This document shows, in pieces, positions 39,693 through 49,483 of a stretch of 64,000 nucleotides of DNA. Below the pieces are notes generated by a model. The model was not told where the DNA came from, made no database searches, and worked only from the letters and a program-made list of their open reading frames with translations. A program made the position numbers and the translations under genes. The stretch comes from an uncultured Desulfospira sp. (lineage in GTDB: Bacteria > Desulfobacterota > Desulfobacteria > Desulfobacterales > Desulfobacteraceae). The DNA is taken from NCBI GenBank assembly GCA_963663165.1, contig OY760175.1, forward strand, positions 4,192,001 to 4,256,000. The letters are read 5' to 3'. Each line of letters starts with the position of its first letter. Position 1 is the stretch's first letter.

Positions 39693-41384
39693 TCAGTGGG
39701 TACATTTGGAGATGGACATTTTTTTTGACCTGACCCATGTTTTCTTTAACAGGTGAAAAATCTCTTTGGGCATGCCGAAAGGCAGGTCCACCAATGCATA
39801 ATCATAGTCAATATTGATGGAACCGATATACTGGCTTTCAAGGCCCGATTCATTTGAAATGGCACCGACCACATCGCTTGGTTTTAGACCGTGTTTGTAC
39901 CCGACTTCAATCCGGTATCGCTCCATCCCCTTTTTGGCCGGGCCGATTTTATCGAGATCCAGGCGCGAAGGCCTCTGAGTCCGGTTTGGTTTAACCGGTA
40001 TTTTTTCTTTTTTCAGGTTCTTTGTAAAGCTGTTTTTATCAACCCGCCGGTCTGCCGTCTCATTCAGCAGAAAAGGCTCCCTGCCCTGAACCATCTTTGC
40101 CAGGGCCGCGGCCACCCGGGAAATGGGGACATCCTGTTCTTTTGCCACGGTTTCCACAATATCCGTGAAATCATTTACATCTTCCCCGCGCAGGGCCTGA
40201 AAAATTTTTTCTTTAAAATTTTTGACCCGGGTCTCATTGATTTCCCTGTTGGACGGCAGGAACATTTCTTCAACTTTCCGGTGGGTGGCCTTTTCAATCT
40301 GCCGTAACATCCACCGTTCTTTTTGCGCGACAAACAAAATGGCTTCGCCGGTTCGCCCCGCCCTCCCGGTTCTTCCAATCCTGTGGATATAAGGCTCTGT
40401 TTTGGGCGGCATGTCATAGTTGATGACATGGGAAATTCTGTCCACATCAAGGCCCCTTGCCGCCACATCCGTTGCCACAAGAATATCAATACTCCCGTTT
40501 TTCAGACGGTTCACCGTCTGTTCCCGGGCGGACTGGGCAAGCTCTCCGTTCAGGGCTTCAGCCTTGAATCCTTTTTCTTCCAACATCCGGGCAAGTTCCA
40601 TTGTGGTATTCCGGGTCCTGGTAAACACAATGACGCCATCATGGGATGACGCCTCCAGTATCCGGACCAGGGCATCATTTTTTGTAACCCCGTTGATCAT
40701 CCAGAATTTCTGGTTGATGGTGCTGGTGACATCGGCATCATGCTGGATAATAATCTCCACAGGATCTTTAAGGTACTTGCCTGAAATGTTTCGAATGGGT
40801 GCCGGCATGGTCGCGGAAAAAAGGGCCATCTGGGATGTTTCCGGGATTTGAGATAAAATCCATTCAACGTCATCGATAAACCCCATGTGAAGCATTTCGT
40901 CTGCTTCGTCCAGAACCACACCCGTAAGGCCGGCAAAGGAAATGGTTTTACGCCGCATATGGTCCATGAGCCGGCCCGGGGTTCCCACGACCACGTGGAC
41001 CCCCCGTTTTAACCGGCTAAGCTGGACCTCATAGCTTTGGCCGCCGTAGACCGGCAGGACATTAAGGCCCTTCATATGGGTGCCGTAGTCCTTAAAAGAC
41101 TGGGCCACTTGGATAGCAAGCTCCCGGGTCGGGGTCAATACAAGAACCTGGGGCCGTCTGTTGCCGATATCGATGTGAGACAGCAGCGGCAATGCAAAAG
41201 CGGCGGTTTTTCCTGTTCCGGTTCTGGCCTGACCGAGCAGGTCTTTGTGCCTCATCATATGGGGAATGGTCTTTACCTGGATGGGCGTTGGGGTGGTATA
41301 ACCGACCGTCTGCAATGCTGAGAAGACATCGGGATTCAGGCTCATTTCGTCGAACCGGGCCGGATTTAAATTTGGGGGAGACAT
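39693..41384 (-). CDS. deaD: DEAD-box RNA helicase with DbpA domain
   Basis: TGTGKT, PTRELA, DEAD, SAT and HRIGRTGR motifs. Confidence 0.93.
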   Translation of the reverse strand: MSPPNLNPARFDEMSLNPDVFSALQTVGYTTPTPIQVKTIPHMMRHKDLLGQARTGTGKTAAFALPLLSHIDIGNRRPQVLVLTPTRELAIQVAQSFKDYGTHMKGLNVLPVYGGQSYEVQLSRLKRGVHVVVGTPGRLMDHMRRKTISFAGLTGVVLDEADEMLHMGFIDDVEWILSQIPETSQMALFSATMPAPIRNISGKYLKDPVEIIIQHDADVTSTINQKFWMINGVTKNDALVRILEASSHDGVIVFTRTRNTTMELARMLEEKGFKAEALNGELAQSAREQTVNRLKNGSIDILVATDVAARGLDVDRISHVINYDMPPKTEPYIHRIGRTGRAGRTGEAILFVAQKERWMLRQIEKATHRKVEEMFLPSNREINETRVKNFKEKIFQALRGEDVNDFTDIVETVAKEQDVPISRVAAALAKMVQGREPFLLNETADRRVDKNSFTKNLKKEKIPVKPNRTQRPSRLDLDKIGPAKKGMERYRIEVGYKHGLKPSDVVGAISNESGLESQYIGSINIDYDYALVDLPFGMPKEIFHLLKKTWVRSKKMSISKCTH

Positions 41385-41499
41385 GGTTTTCCTTAAAAGC
41401 AAAAAGGCCGGCAGCGCCGGCCTTCAATATCAATATTAATTCAAAACAACTTTAAGTATACGTATTTTAAATAAAATGCAAGCTTTATATTGAAATGTC

Positions 41500-41679
41500 C
41501 AGGGTGACCGCCTGTAACGTTCGTACCGGTAATGTCGATTCGGATGATAAGGATAATAATGTATATTGTTGAGACTTGGGATATGGGATATGGGACTTGG
41601 GGAGGCCGTGGATGCCGCAATCCCCAGGTCCCATATCCCAAGTCCCAAGTCCAATTTTTTGGAGATTAGCCTTATCTTC
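41500..41679 (-). repeat. Uninterrupted copy of the heptamer-palindrome repeat (empty RIT target)
   Basis: Collinear with 5508-5528 joined to 9653-9811; single CTCCAA at 41659-41664 (minus). Confidence 0.85.
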
Positions 41680-41807
41680 CATTATATTTTTTTTCTAAGG
41701 GGCCAAGATCCGGAACGAGTAACTCTGGGTGCCGTTGCGGCCAGCCTGTGTTCGGGCATCCTCGCCCGGTCAAATCAGTTTCCGCATCGCAGATCAAATA
41801 TATTTAT

Positions 41808-41825
41808 CAAAAAATATATTTTTTG
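41808..41825. promoter_or_regulatory. 18-bp perfect palindrome, candidate operator
   Basis: CAAAAAATATATTTTTTG, 40 bp upstream of the XRE gene. Confidence 0.4.
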
Positions 41826-41864
41826 CTTGAAATTTATTTCATTGTTGATATATCTAGCCCCACT

Positions 41865-42389
41865 ATGACCATGAAAGTCGGAAATAAAATACGTCATGCC
41901 AGGAAAAAACGGGGCATCAACATGAAGGATTTTGCCAAAATGGTAGGCATCAGTTACCTGACCCTGCACCGCATGGAAACGGACCAGGTCAGTCCTTCAG
42001 TGGCCCTGTTGTCGGAAATTTCCCACCACCTGGGCGAACCCATTGTCAATTTTTTTACCAATCCTTCCAAGTTGACCCTTATTAAAAAAGGAACCGCCCC
42101 GGAGATTTCTTCTGACAAGATGTGCCTTGAACTGCTTCTCCCTAAAGGCGTCATCAGCGACAATATCTCCGTGTCAAAAGTCAGCCACAAGATCGGAGAG
42201 GTTGTCAGTGAGCATTCCCACAAAGGGTTTGAACTTACGTATATTTTAAAAGGCAAAGCGACTTTCAACTACGACGGCGTTGACTACGAGACCGCTGAAG
42301 GGGACCTGATCTACTTTGATGCCGCCGTACCCCACTCTGTGGTTGCAGACGAACCACACCAGATTTTGTCCGTTTATTTTAGAAAGTAG
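41865..42389 (+). CDS. XRE-family regulator with cupin sensor domain
   Basis: N-terminal HTH; C-terminal HSHKGFE...GDLIYFDA..PH. Confidence 0.9.
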   Translation: MTMKVGNKIRHARKKRGINMKDFAKMVGISYLTLHRMETDQVSPSVALLSEISHHLGEPIVNFFTNPSKLTLIKKGTAPEISSDKMCLELLLPKGVISDNISVSKVSHKIGEVVSEHSHKGFELTYILKGKATFNYDGVDYETAEGDLIYFDAAVPHSVVADEPHQILSVYFRK

Positions 42390-42392
42390 TTT

Positions 42393-42430
42393 GTGTTTGA
42401 ACGAAGCGCTCTATCGAGCCGTTCAAACAC
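42393..42430. repeat. Minimal GTGTTTGAACG...CGTTCAAACAC palindrome
   Basis: 11-bp perfect IR identical to the family termini. Confidence 0.7.
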
Positions 42431-42467
42431 TAGGTTAAAGCTGATCATTGAATGCAAGGAGGGCCCT

Positions 42468-43724
42468 ATGGACCTTACAAGGCAGCAGCAGGAAATGCTG
42501 GATGGAAAGCACGGTCGCGGCATGGCCAAAGCCATGGAAATTCTATTGGCTTACGGGAAATGCTACGACGCCAAGCGGTTGATCCCGGTTACCAGCGTTC
42601 ATATCGCCGGCAATTTTTCGGTACTGTTTGAGGAGGGGGTTGAGTGGCTGGAAACCCTGGCCGATGAGGGGGCAAAGGTTTGCGTGTTCACCACCAAAAA
42701 CCCCGAGTTGTACGATCCCGAACAGGTCGACGAGATGAACATTCCCGAGCATTACCGCAACATGCAGGAAAGAATCCGTGATGCCGTCCAGAAGATGGGC
42801 ATTACCCCGACCTATTCCTGCCACCATTATCTGGTGGGCAATGCCCCCCGGTTCGGGGATCACATTGCCTGGGCCTCATCGGGCAGCCAGGTGTTTGCCA
42901 ACTCCGTCATTGGGGCCCGGTCCAACCGGGACGGCGACCATGTGGCTTTAGCCGCGGCCATCACCGGTGTCATTCCCGAATGGGGAATGCACCTGGATGA
43001 AAACCGGAAAGCCGATGTGCTGATTGATGTGGCCGGCCTTGACATAGAAAATTACGGACCCGCCGATTTCAAGGCCCTGGGCTGGCACCTGGGCAAAACC
43101 GTAAGTTCGGGGATTCCCGCGTTTGTCAACCTGCCGCCGGATCTGCACATCGAAAAGATCAAGGGGCTGTTATATACCATGACGGTTACCGGTGCCGCAG
43201 GGCTGATTCACCTGGTGGGCATCACCCCGGAGGCCCCGACGGTGGAGGCCGCTTTTGGCGGCAAGGTCCCGGATGTCCCGGCCATCATGCCGACACAGGC
43301 GGATGTGGACCTGGCCTATACCCAGATTTCCTGCGCCGACTCCGACAAGATTGAATTTGTCCTGTTCGGGTGTCCCCAGTGCAGTATTCAGGAGGTTCAG
43401 GAGATCGCTCAGTTGCTGGACGGCCGGAAAATTCATCCGGATACCCAGTTGTGGGTCTGTACGTCCCGGTGGGTTAAAACCCTTTGCGAGCGCATGGGGT
43501 TGCTGGAAACCCTTTCCCGGTCAGGCGTCCGGGTGGCCAGCGACATCGGCGCCAACTCCCCCCATATCTATTTAAAGGAGCAGGGGGTCCGGGTGGTGGC
43601 GCTCAATTCGGCAAGGGCCTGCTATTATACCCACAATCTGTCAGGGCTGCAGACATGGTTTGGTTCCACTCAGGAATGCATTGAGTCTGCCATATCCGGA
43701 AAATGGGAGGGAAGAAAAAAATGA
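42468..43724 (+). CDS. Aconitase X catalytic (large) subunit
   Basis: LIPVTSVHIAG, GDHIAW, FANSVIGARSNR, AAITG, HLVGITPEA and GCP motifs. Confidence 0.88.
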   Translation: MDLTRQQQEMLDGKHGRGMAKAMEILLAYGKCYDAKRLIPVTSVHIAGNFSVLFEEGVEWLETLADEGAKVCVFTTKNPELYDPEQVDEMNIPEHYRNMQERIRDAVQKMGITPTYSCHHYLVGNAPRFGDHIAWASSGSQVFANSVIGARSNRDGDHVALAAAITGVIPEWGMHLDENRKADVLIDVAGLDIENYGPADFKALGWHLGKTVSSGIPAFVNLPPDLHIEKIKGLLYTMTVTGAAGLIHLVGITPEAPTVEAAFGGKVPDVPAIMPTQADVDLAYTQISCADSDKIEFVLFGCPQCSIQEVQEIAQLLDGRKIHPDTQLWVCTSRWVKTLCERMGLLETLSRSGVRVASDIGANSPHIYLKEQGVRVVALNSARACYYTHNLSGLQTWFGSTQECIESAISGKWEGRKK

Positions 43725-44122
43725 AACTGAAAGCCAAACCTGTAACCAGAGGCGTGGCCGAAGGAGAGGCCATGGTAACCCAAATGGCCATCTCGTTTAC
43801 CGGGGGAATGGATCCGGATACCGGCATCATCAGAGAACCCGGCCACGAGCTTGAAGGGCAGTCCGTGGCCGGCAAAATCCTGGTCTTTCCCACGGGAAAA
43901 GGGTCCACCACCGGGTCATGGCAGTATTACGCGGCCTATAAACGGGGCAATGCCCCATTGGGCATCATTAACCGGGTGGTTGAGGGTGTGGTGGCCGTCA
44001 GCGCCATTATCACCGACACCCCCATGGTGCATCAACTGGAACAAGACCCCATGGAATGTATTAAAACCGGAGACTGGGTATGCATTGATGCCGATAACGG
44101 GGTTGTGGAAATTGTTAAATAG
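43721..44122 (+). CDS. Aconitase X swivel (DUF126) subunit
   Basis: ISFTGG.DP.TG and GKILVFPTGKGST motifs. Confidence 0.9.
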   Translation: MKLKAKPVTRGVAEGEAMVTQMAISFTGGMDPDTGIIREPGHELEGQSVAGKILVFPTGKGSTTGSWQYYAAYKRGNAPLGIINRVVEGVVAVSAIITDTPMVHQLEQDPMECIKTGDWVCIDADNGVVEIVK

Positions 44123-44130
44123 TGTCTGGA

Positions 44131-44157
44131 CGGCCCGTCAGGATTTCTGACGGGCCG
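44131..44157. terminator. GC-rich hairpin
   Basis: CGGCCCGTCAG-GATTT-CTGACGGGCCG. Confidence 0.5.
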
Positions 44158-44266
44158 CCCGGAAATCGGTTCTTAACGCAATGGAAATATAACGCTTAAA
44201 GCTGTAGGAAGGAAGAAGGACAAATAACATCATTTATTAACCCAAAAAAACCAAGGGGGAAGTAAC

Positions 44267-45361
44267 ATGAAAGCGACCAAAATTTTTAATTTTTCAAGCA
44301 TCTTGTGTCTGGTTATTCTTTTTTTGGCATCCGTTGTAACAACATCTTTTGCGGCTTCTGACAAACCCATCAAACTGACATTCTCCACGGTATTTCCTCC
44401 TGTTCATTTTCATACGAAACTCAACCGCCTCTTTTGTGACGAGATCGCCAAAAAAACCAATGGAAGGGTCGAAATCACAATTTATCCCGGATCCACACTG
44501 ACCTCTGCCACCAAAAATTTCGAAGGGGTTGTCAAAGGCCTTTCAGACATGGGCATGTCCTGTCCGCTATACGTTGCCGGCCGTTTCCCGGTCAGTGAAA
44601 TTTTTGAAATGCCGTCCAAACTGGATCACGCATGGGTGACGGCAAAAGTCTATACGGATCTGTTTAATAAGTTCAAGCTTAAAGAATACGAACAGGTCCA
44701 TGTCCTCTATCTTCATGGCCCGAGCCGGAACGTGATCTCCACCCGGTCCGTTCCCGTGCGCAGTCTGGCCGATTTGAAAGGGCTGCTCATACGCAGCAGC
44801 GGCGGTGCCGCCTCTACAGTGGCCGCCTTTGGTGCCATCCCCCGGGCCATGCACATGGGCGAAGCCTACGCCGCCCTGTCCAAAGGGGTTGTGGAAGGCC
44901 AGTTCTCCTCTCCGGAATCCTTAAAGGGATGGAAGCATGCCGACGTGGTCAATTACGCCACCATTACCCCCGTCTCCACATCCAGCTGCCAGTATGTGGT
45001 CATCAACAAGAAAAAATGGGACGCCATGCCGGCGGATATCCAGAAAATTTTCACCGAAGTGAGCGCCAACTACCCGGCCTACCACGGACATGTCTGGGCG
45101 TATCTGGACAACCTGGGGTTTGAGTACTTAAAATCCCTTCCCGGTCGGGAACTGATCACCATTTCAAAGGATCAGGAACCCGAATGGCAGGCGGCAGTCC
45201 AGCCGGTCATCGAAAAATACATCAAAGAAAAAACCGCCATGGGCCTTCCGGCCAAAGAATACCTGGATTACTTCAACGAGCGTGTGGCCTATTGGTCTGC
45301 CAAAAAGCCGAGCCTGGAAGAGTCTAATGCCTGGGTGGAAGCGAACCTGCCCAAGGATTAA
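44267..45361 (+). CDS. dctP: TRAP substrate-binding protein (DctP family)
   Basis: Signal peptide; TNGRVEI, GRFP, DLKGL and AYAALSKGVVEG motifs. Confidence 0.9.
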   Translation: MKATKIFNFSSILCLVILFLASVVTTSFAASDKPIKLTFSTVFPPVHFHTKLNRLFCDEIAKKTNGRVEITIYPGSTLTSATKNFEGVVKGLSDMGMSCPLYVAGRFPVSEIFEMPSKLDHAWVTAKVYTDLFNKFKLKEYEQVHVLYLHGPSRNVISTRSVPVRSLADLKGLLIRSSGGAASTVAAFGAIPRAMHMGEAYAALSKGVVEGQFSSPESLKGWKHADVVNYATITPVSTSSCQYVVINKKKWDAMPADIQKIFTEVSANYPAYHGHVWAYLDNLGFEYLKSLPGRELITISKDQEPEWQAAVQPVIEKYIKEKTAMGLPAKEYLDYFNERVAYWSAKKPSLEESNAWVEANLPKD

Positions 45362-45369
45362 TGCTTGAA

Positions 45370-45430
45370 AGCCGTTAGCGTTTAGCTGTCAGCCGTCAGC
45401 CTTTGGGTTCGCCTTATGGGCTGACGGCTT
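45370..45430. repeat. GCTAACR/GCTGACG heptamer palindrome
   Basis: AGCCGTTAGCG..AGCTGTCAGCCGTCAGC...GCTGACGGCT. Confidence 0.65.
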
Positions 45431-45469
45431 TCATAAAATCGTGCTTCGATGTTCTTGAAAGGGTTCGCC

Positions 45470-45955
45470 ATGAAAAAAATAGAGTCTTTGATGGACCGTA
45501 TCAGCTATGGGTTCGAGCTCATCGCCCTGATGGCATTGACGGTGATGTTGATCCTGGTGACCGTGGATATTCTGGGGGGCAAAATGTTTTCCCGGCCCGT
45601 GCCCGGCGCCATGGACCTGACCTCTTTGCTCAGTCTGCTGGTGATCGGGTTTGCCATGCCCCGTTCTTATCAAATGGGGCGCCATATCAAGGTGGATTTC
45701 GGGGCCGGCCTGATGCCGGAAAAGGTCCTTTGGGTCACCCGGTTTCTGAGTATAAGCCTGTGCGGGCTGTTTTTTGCCTTTATTATACGGCGAATGTTTC
45801 TTTATGCCGGCGACCTGCTGGAATACGGGGAAAAATCCCTTACCGTAAAAATTGCCTTGTACCCGTTTGGCTATGCCCTGGCAGTGGCTTTTTTACCCCT
45901 GCTGGTCATTGTTTTGCTCCAACTGATCAACCACTGCAAAAAATCGGGAGAATAA
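45470..45955 (+). CDS. dctQ: TRAP small permease
   Basis: Four TM segments; HIKVD motif. Confidence 0.88.
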   Translation: MKKIESLMDRISYGFELIALMALTVMLILVTVDILGGKMFSRPVPGAMDLTSLLSLLVIGFAMPRSYQMGRHIKVDFGAGLMPEKVLWVTRFLSISLCGLFFAFIIRRMFLYAGDLLEYGEKSLTVKIALYPFGYALAVAFLPLLVIVLLQLINHCKKSGE

Positions 45956-47263
45956 ATGGATCCTGTTATTGTCGGTATTCTGGGGATTGTTGTACTGGTG
46001 GTGCTTTTTTTAATTGAATTTCCCGTTGCCTTTGCCATGGGGTTTGTTGGGTTCGTGGGGTTCGGCTTTCTGACCAATTTCAATGCCGGTCTTGACATGC
46101 TGGCCATTGATATTTTTGAAAGCTTTTCTTCTTACAGCCTTACCGTTATCCCCATGTTTGTGTTCATGGGGTGTATTGCCTTTGAGATCGGCATGAGCAA
46201 GCGGTTGTTTGACGCTTCCTTTGCCATTTTCGGCAACATGCGGGGCGGCCTTTCCATTGCCGCCATCATGTCCTGCGCTGGATTTGCCGCCATCTGCGGG
46301 TCCACTAATGCCACGGCCGCCGCCATGGGAGCCGTGGCCCTTCCGGAAATGAAACGGTATGATTACGATGACTCCCTGGCCACCGGCTGTATCGCCGCTG
46401 CCGGCAGTCTCGGCATCCTGATCCCGCCCAGTGCCCTGCTCATTGTCTTTGGCATCATGACCGAAGAGTCCATCGGCAAGCTGTTCATCGCAGGGGTCCT
46501 GCCCGGCATCATGCTGGCGGCCCTGTTTGTTTTAACGGCCCAGATACTGTGCCGGATCAACCCCAAATTAGGCCCGGCCGGTGCCTCCACCACCATTAAA
46601 GAAAAACTTAAGGCCATTTTTGCGGTGGGCGAAGTGCTGATTTTGTTTTTTCTGGTGCTCGGCGGCCTGTTCGCCGGCTGGTTCAGCCCCACCCAGGCCG
46701 GCGGGGCCGGTTCAGCCGGTGTGATCCTGGTGGGACTGCTGCGCCGCCGCCTCACCTTTGAAAAGTTTATCAAGGCCGGGCGGGACACCCTGATGATCAC
46801 CTGCATGGTCATGTTCATTGTTGCCGGGGGCATGATATTCGGCCATTTCATTGCCGTTACCAAAATTCCGTTTATCCTGTCGGACTGGGTGATCTCCCTT
46901 GATTTTCCGCCCATGGTCATCATGGGGGTCATTGTCTTTGTTCACCTGATCGGCGGCTGTTTCATGGACGGGTTCGGGCTGATTGTGCTGACCGTTCCCA
47001 TTCTGCTGCCCATTGTCAAGAGCCTTGGCATTGATGTCTACTGGTTCGGCATCATCATTGTTTTAATCTGTGAAATGGGGACCATTACCCCGCCGGTGGG
47101 CGTCAATGTGTATGTGATCAAGGCTGTGGCAGGGTCTGATGTGTCACTGGCAACCATTTTCAAAGGCATTATGCCCTTTCTTTTCGCCTTGATTGCGGCC
47201 GTGCTTTTGCTCATGGTCTTTCCACAAATTGTTACCTATCTGCCCAGCATCGCGACCTATTGA
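45956..47263 (+). CDS. dctM: TRAP large permease
   Basis: IPMF, GSLGILIPPS and ITPPVG motifs. Confidence 0.93.
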   Translation: MDPVIVGILGIVVLVVLFLIEFPVAFAMGFVGFVGFGFLTNFNAGLDMLAIDIFESFSSYSLTVIPMFVFMGCIAFEIGMSKRLFDASFAIFGNMRGGLSIAAIMSCAGFAAICGSTNATAAAMGAVALPEMKRYDYDDSLATGCIAAAGSLGILIPPSALLIVFGIMTEESIGKLFIAGVLPGIMLAALFVLTAQILCRINPKLGPAGASTTIKEKLKAIFAVGEVLILFFLVLGGLFAGWFSPTQAGGAGSAGVILVGLLRRRLTFEKFIKAGRDTLMITCMVMFIVAGGMIFGHFIAVTKIPFILSDWVISLDFPPMVIMGVIVFVHLIGGCFMDGFGLIVLTVPILLPIVKSLGIDVYWFGIIIVLICEMGTITPPVGVNVYVIKAVAGSDVSLATIFKGIMPFLFALIAAVLLLMVFPQIVTYLPSIATY

Positions 47264-47267
47264 ATGG

Positions 47268-47302
47268 AAAGGCTGAAGGGGTTTCGGCTGAAGGCTGTCA
47301 GG
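47268..47302 (+). repeat. GGCTGAA-type repeat
   Basis: AAAGGCTGAAGGGGTTTCGGCTGAAGGCTGTCAGG. Confidence 0.65.
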
Positions 47303-47385
47303 GATGCAGGGCCCTTCCCTTTAAAACCGTCCGGTTTTTGCCCGTTTAGATTATGACCGTTATTAAAGTAGAAAGGACTCACCAT

Positions 47386-49380
47386 ATGATTCCCTATAAA
47401 AAATTGTTTGAACCGGTTACCATTGGCCGCCTGGAAATCAAGAACCGGTATGCCATGGCCCCCATGGGCCCTTTGGGGCTCTCCGATGCCCAGGGCGGCT
47501 GGAACCAGAGAGGCATTGATTATTACACGGCCAGGGCCCGGGGCGGGACCGGCCTTTTAATCACCGGCGTCACCTTTGTGGACAATGTGGTTGAAAAGCA
47601 CGGCATGGGCCATGTGCCCTGCTCCACCCATGACCCGGTCCATTTTGTCCGGACGGGGAAGGAGATGACCGAACGAATCCATGCCTATGATGCCCGGATC
47701 TTTTTGCAGATGTCCGGGGGATTCGGCCGGGTCACCGTGCCCACCAACATGGGGGAACATCCGCCGGTGGCCCCCTCGGCCATCCCCCACCGCTGGCTGG
47801 ACAAAACCTGCCGGCCCATGGAAATCAAAGAGATCCTTCATATCGTTGAGATGTTCGGCCAGGGGGCGTTTCATGCCCAGCGGGCCGGGTTTGACGGGGT
47901 CCAGATCCATGCCGTGCATGAGGGGTATCTCATTGACCAGTTTGCCATCTCCTTTTTCAACCGGCGCACGGACGAATACGGCGGCTCCCTGGCCAATCGG
48001 CTCAGGTTTGCCCGGCAGGTGGTGGAAAAAATCAAGGAGACCTGCGGGGATGATTTTCCCGTGACCCTGCGCTACAGCCCCAAAAGCTTTATCAAAGACT
48101 TTAAATCCGGCGCCCTGCCCGGCGAAGAATTTGAAGAAAAGGGCCGGGACATTGACGAGGGGATTGAGGCGGCCAAACTCCTGGTTCAATACGGGTATGA
48201 CAGCCTGGATGTGGATGTGGGCTCTTACGATGCCTGGTGGTGGAGCCATCCGCCCATGTACCAGGACAAGGGGCTTTACATGCCTTTTGCCAGGGCCATG
48301 AAGGAGAATGTGGATGCCCCCATCATCTGTGCCGGCCGAATGGACGATCCGGCCACGGCGCTTAAAGCCGTTGAAGAGGGCGTCTGCGATATGGTGAGCT
48401 TAGGCCGTCCCCTGCTGGCCGACCCGGATTATGTGAACAAGGTCATGTGCAACGACGTTGCCGCCATCCGGCCGTGCATCTCCTGCCAGGAGGGATGTAT
48501 GGGAAGGGTCCAGACCTATGCGGCCTTAAACTGTGCCGTGAATCCCCAGACCTGCCGGGAACGGGTCGCGGCCTACCAGCCTGTTTTAAAGAAAAAGCGG
48601 GTGCTGATCGTGGGCGGCGGTGTGGCCGGGTGTGAAGCGGCAAGAGTCCTGGCCACAAGGGGCCATGAACCGGTGCTGTATGAAAAATCCGGCACCCTGG
48701 GGGGGCACCTGATTCCCGGGGGGGCACCGGACTTCAAGCACGATGACATTGCCCTGGTGAACTGGTACACCCGCCAGCTGGAGACCCTGGGGGTGCCGGT
48801 CCATTTAAATACCGCCCTGGATGAGTCTTTTGTGTTGTCCAACGCCTTTGACGCGGTCGTCATTGCTACGGGCTCAAAGCCCAATATCCTCTCTTTGGGG
48901 GATGATGATAAGGTGTTCACCGCCGAACAGGTGCTGTTAAACCAGAAAGATCCCGGGGCCTGCACCGTGGTCATGGGCGGCGGTCTGATCGGGTGTGAAA
49001 CCGCCCTGTGGCTGGCCCGGCAGGGCAAGCGCGTCACCATAGTGGAGCAGATGGATGAGATTCTCTCCGTAAACGGCCCCCTGTGCCATGCCAACAGTGA
49101 AATGCTCGAAGCGTTGATTCCCTATAACGGCATCGAGGTTAAAACCGGCACCCGGGTGACCTCATTTGAGAACGGTACACTGGGCCTTACAACCCACGGA
49201 CAGGAAAGCCGGATGCCGTGTGACAGTGTGATCCTGGCCGTGGGGTATCATCCGGACAACAGCCTGTACCAGGCCATTCGCTTTAAGGTTCCCAACACCT
49301 GGGTGCTGGGGGATGCCAGGCGGGTGAGCAATATCATGTACGCCATCTGGGATGCCTTTGAGGTGGCCAACGGGATTTAA
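47386..49380 (+). CDS. NADH:flavin oxidoreductase (OYE plus FAD domain, 2-enoate-reductase-like)
   Basis: KNRYAMAPM, HAVHEGYL, RTDEYGG, CISCQEGC...CAVNP and GGGVAG motifs. Confidence 0.9.
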   Translation: MIPYKKLFEPVTIGRLEIKNRYAMAPMGPLGLSDAQGGWNQRGIDYYTARARGGTGLLITGVTFVDNVVEKHGMGHVPCSTHDPVHFVRTGKEMTERIHAYDARIFLQMSGGFGRVTVPTNMGEHPPVAPSAIPHRWLDKTCRPMEIKEILHIVEMFGQGAFHAQRAGFDGVQIHAVHEGYLIDQFAISFFNRRTDEYGGSLANRLRFARQVVEKIKETCGDDFPVTLRYSPKSFIKDFKSGALPGEEFEEKGRDIDEGIEAAKLLVQYGYDSLDVDVGSYDAWWWSHPPMYQDKGLYMPFARAMKENVDAPIICAGRMDDPATALKAVEEGVCDMVSLGRPLLADPDYVNKVMCNDVAAIRPCISCQEGCMGRVQTYAALNCAVNPQTCRERVAAYQPVLKKKRVLIVGGGVAGCEAARVLATRGHEPVLYEKSGTLGGHLIPGGAPDFKHDDIALVNWYTRQLETLGVPVHLNTALDESFVLSNAFDAVVIATGSKPNILSLGDDDKVFTAEQVLLNQKDPGACTVVMGGGLIGCETALWLARQGKRVTIVEQMDEILSVNGPLCHANSEMLEALIPYNGIEVKTGTRVTSFENGTLGLTTHGQESRMPCDSVILAVGYHPDNSLYQAIRFKVPNTWVLGDARRVSNIMYAIWDAFEVANGI

Positions 49381-49483
49381 ACCGGGGCCCTTGAGACCAT
49401 AAATGCCCATAAGGAGATCGCCGTTGACCTGAACCCGGAGCCGGCGGCAAACGTCCCTCTTTACCGTGATATCCGCGATCTCC

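Noticed and set aside
41545..41575. Chromosomal dif site (ATAA-TGTATA-TT)
   Set aside because: The right arm lacks TTATG and the sequence is part of the multicopy repeat.
5466..41679. A 36-kb element bounded by the two inverted repeat copies
   Set aside because: The copies are diverged, enclose housekeeping genes and show no TSD.
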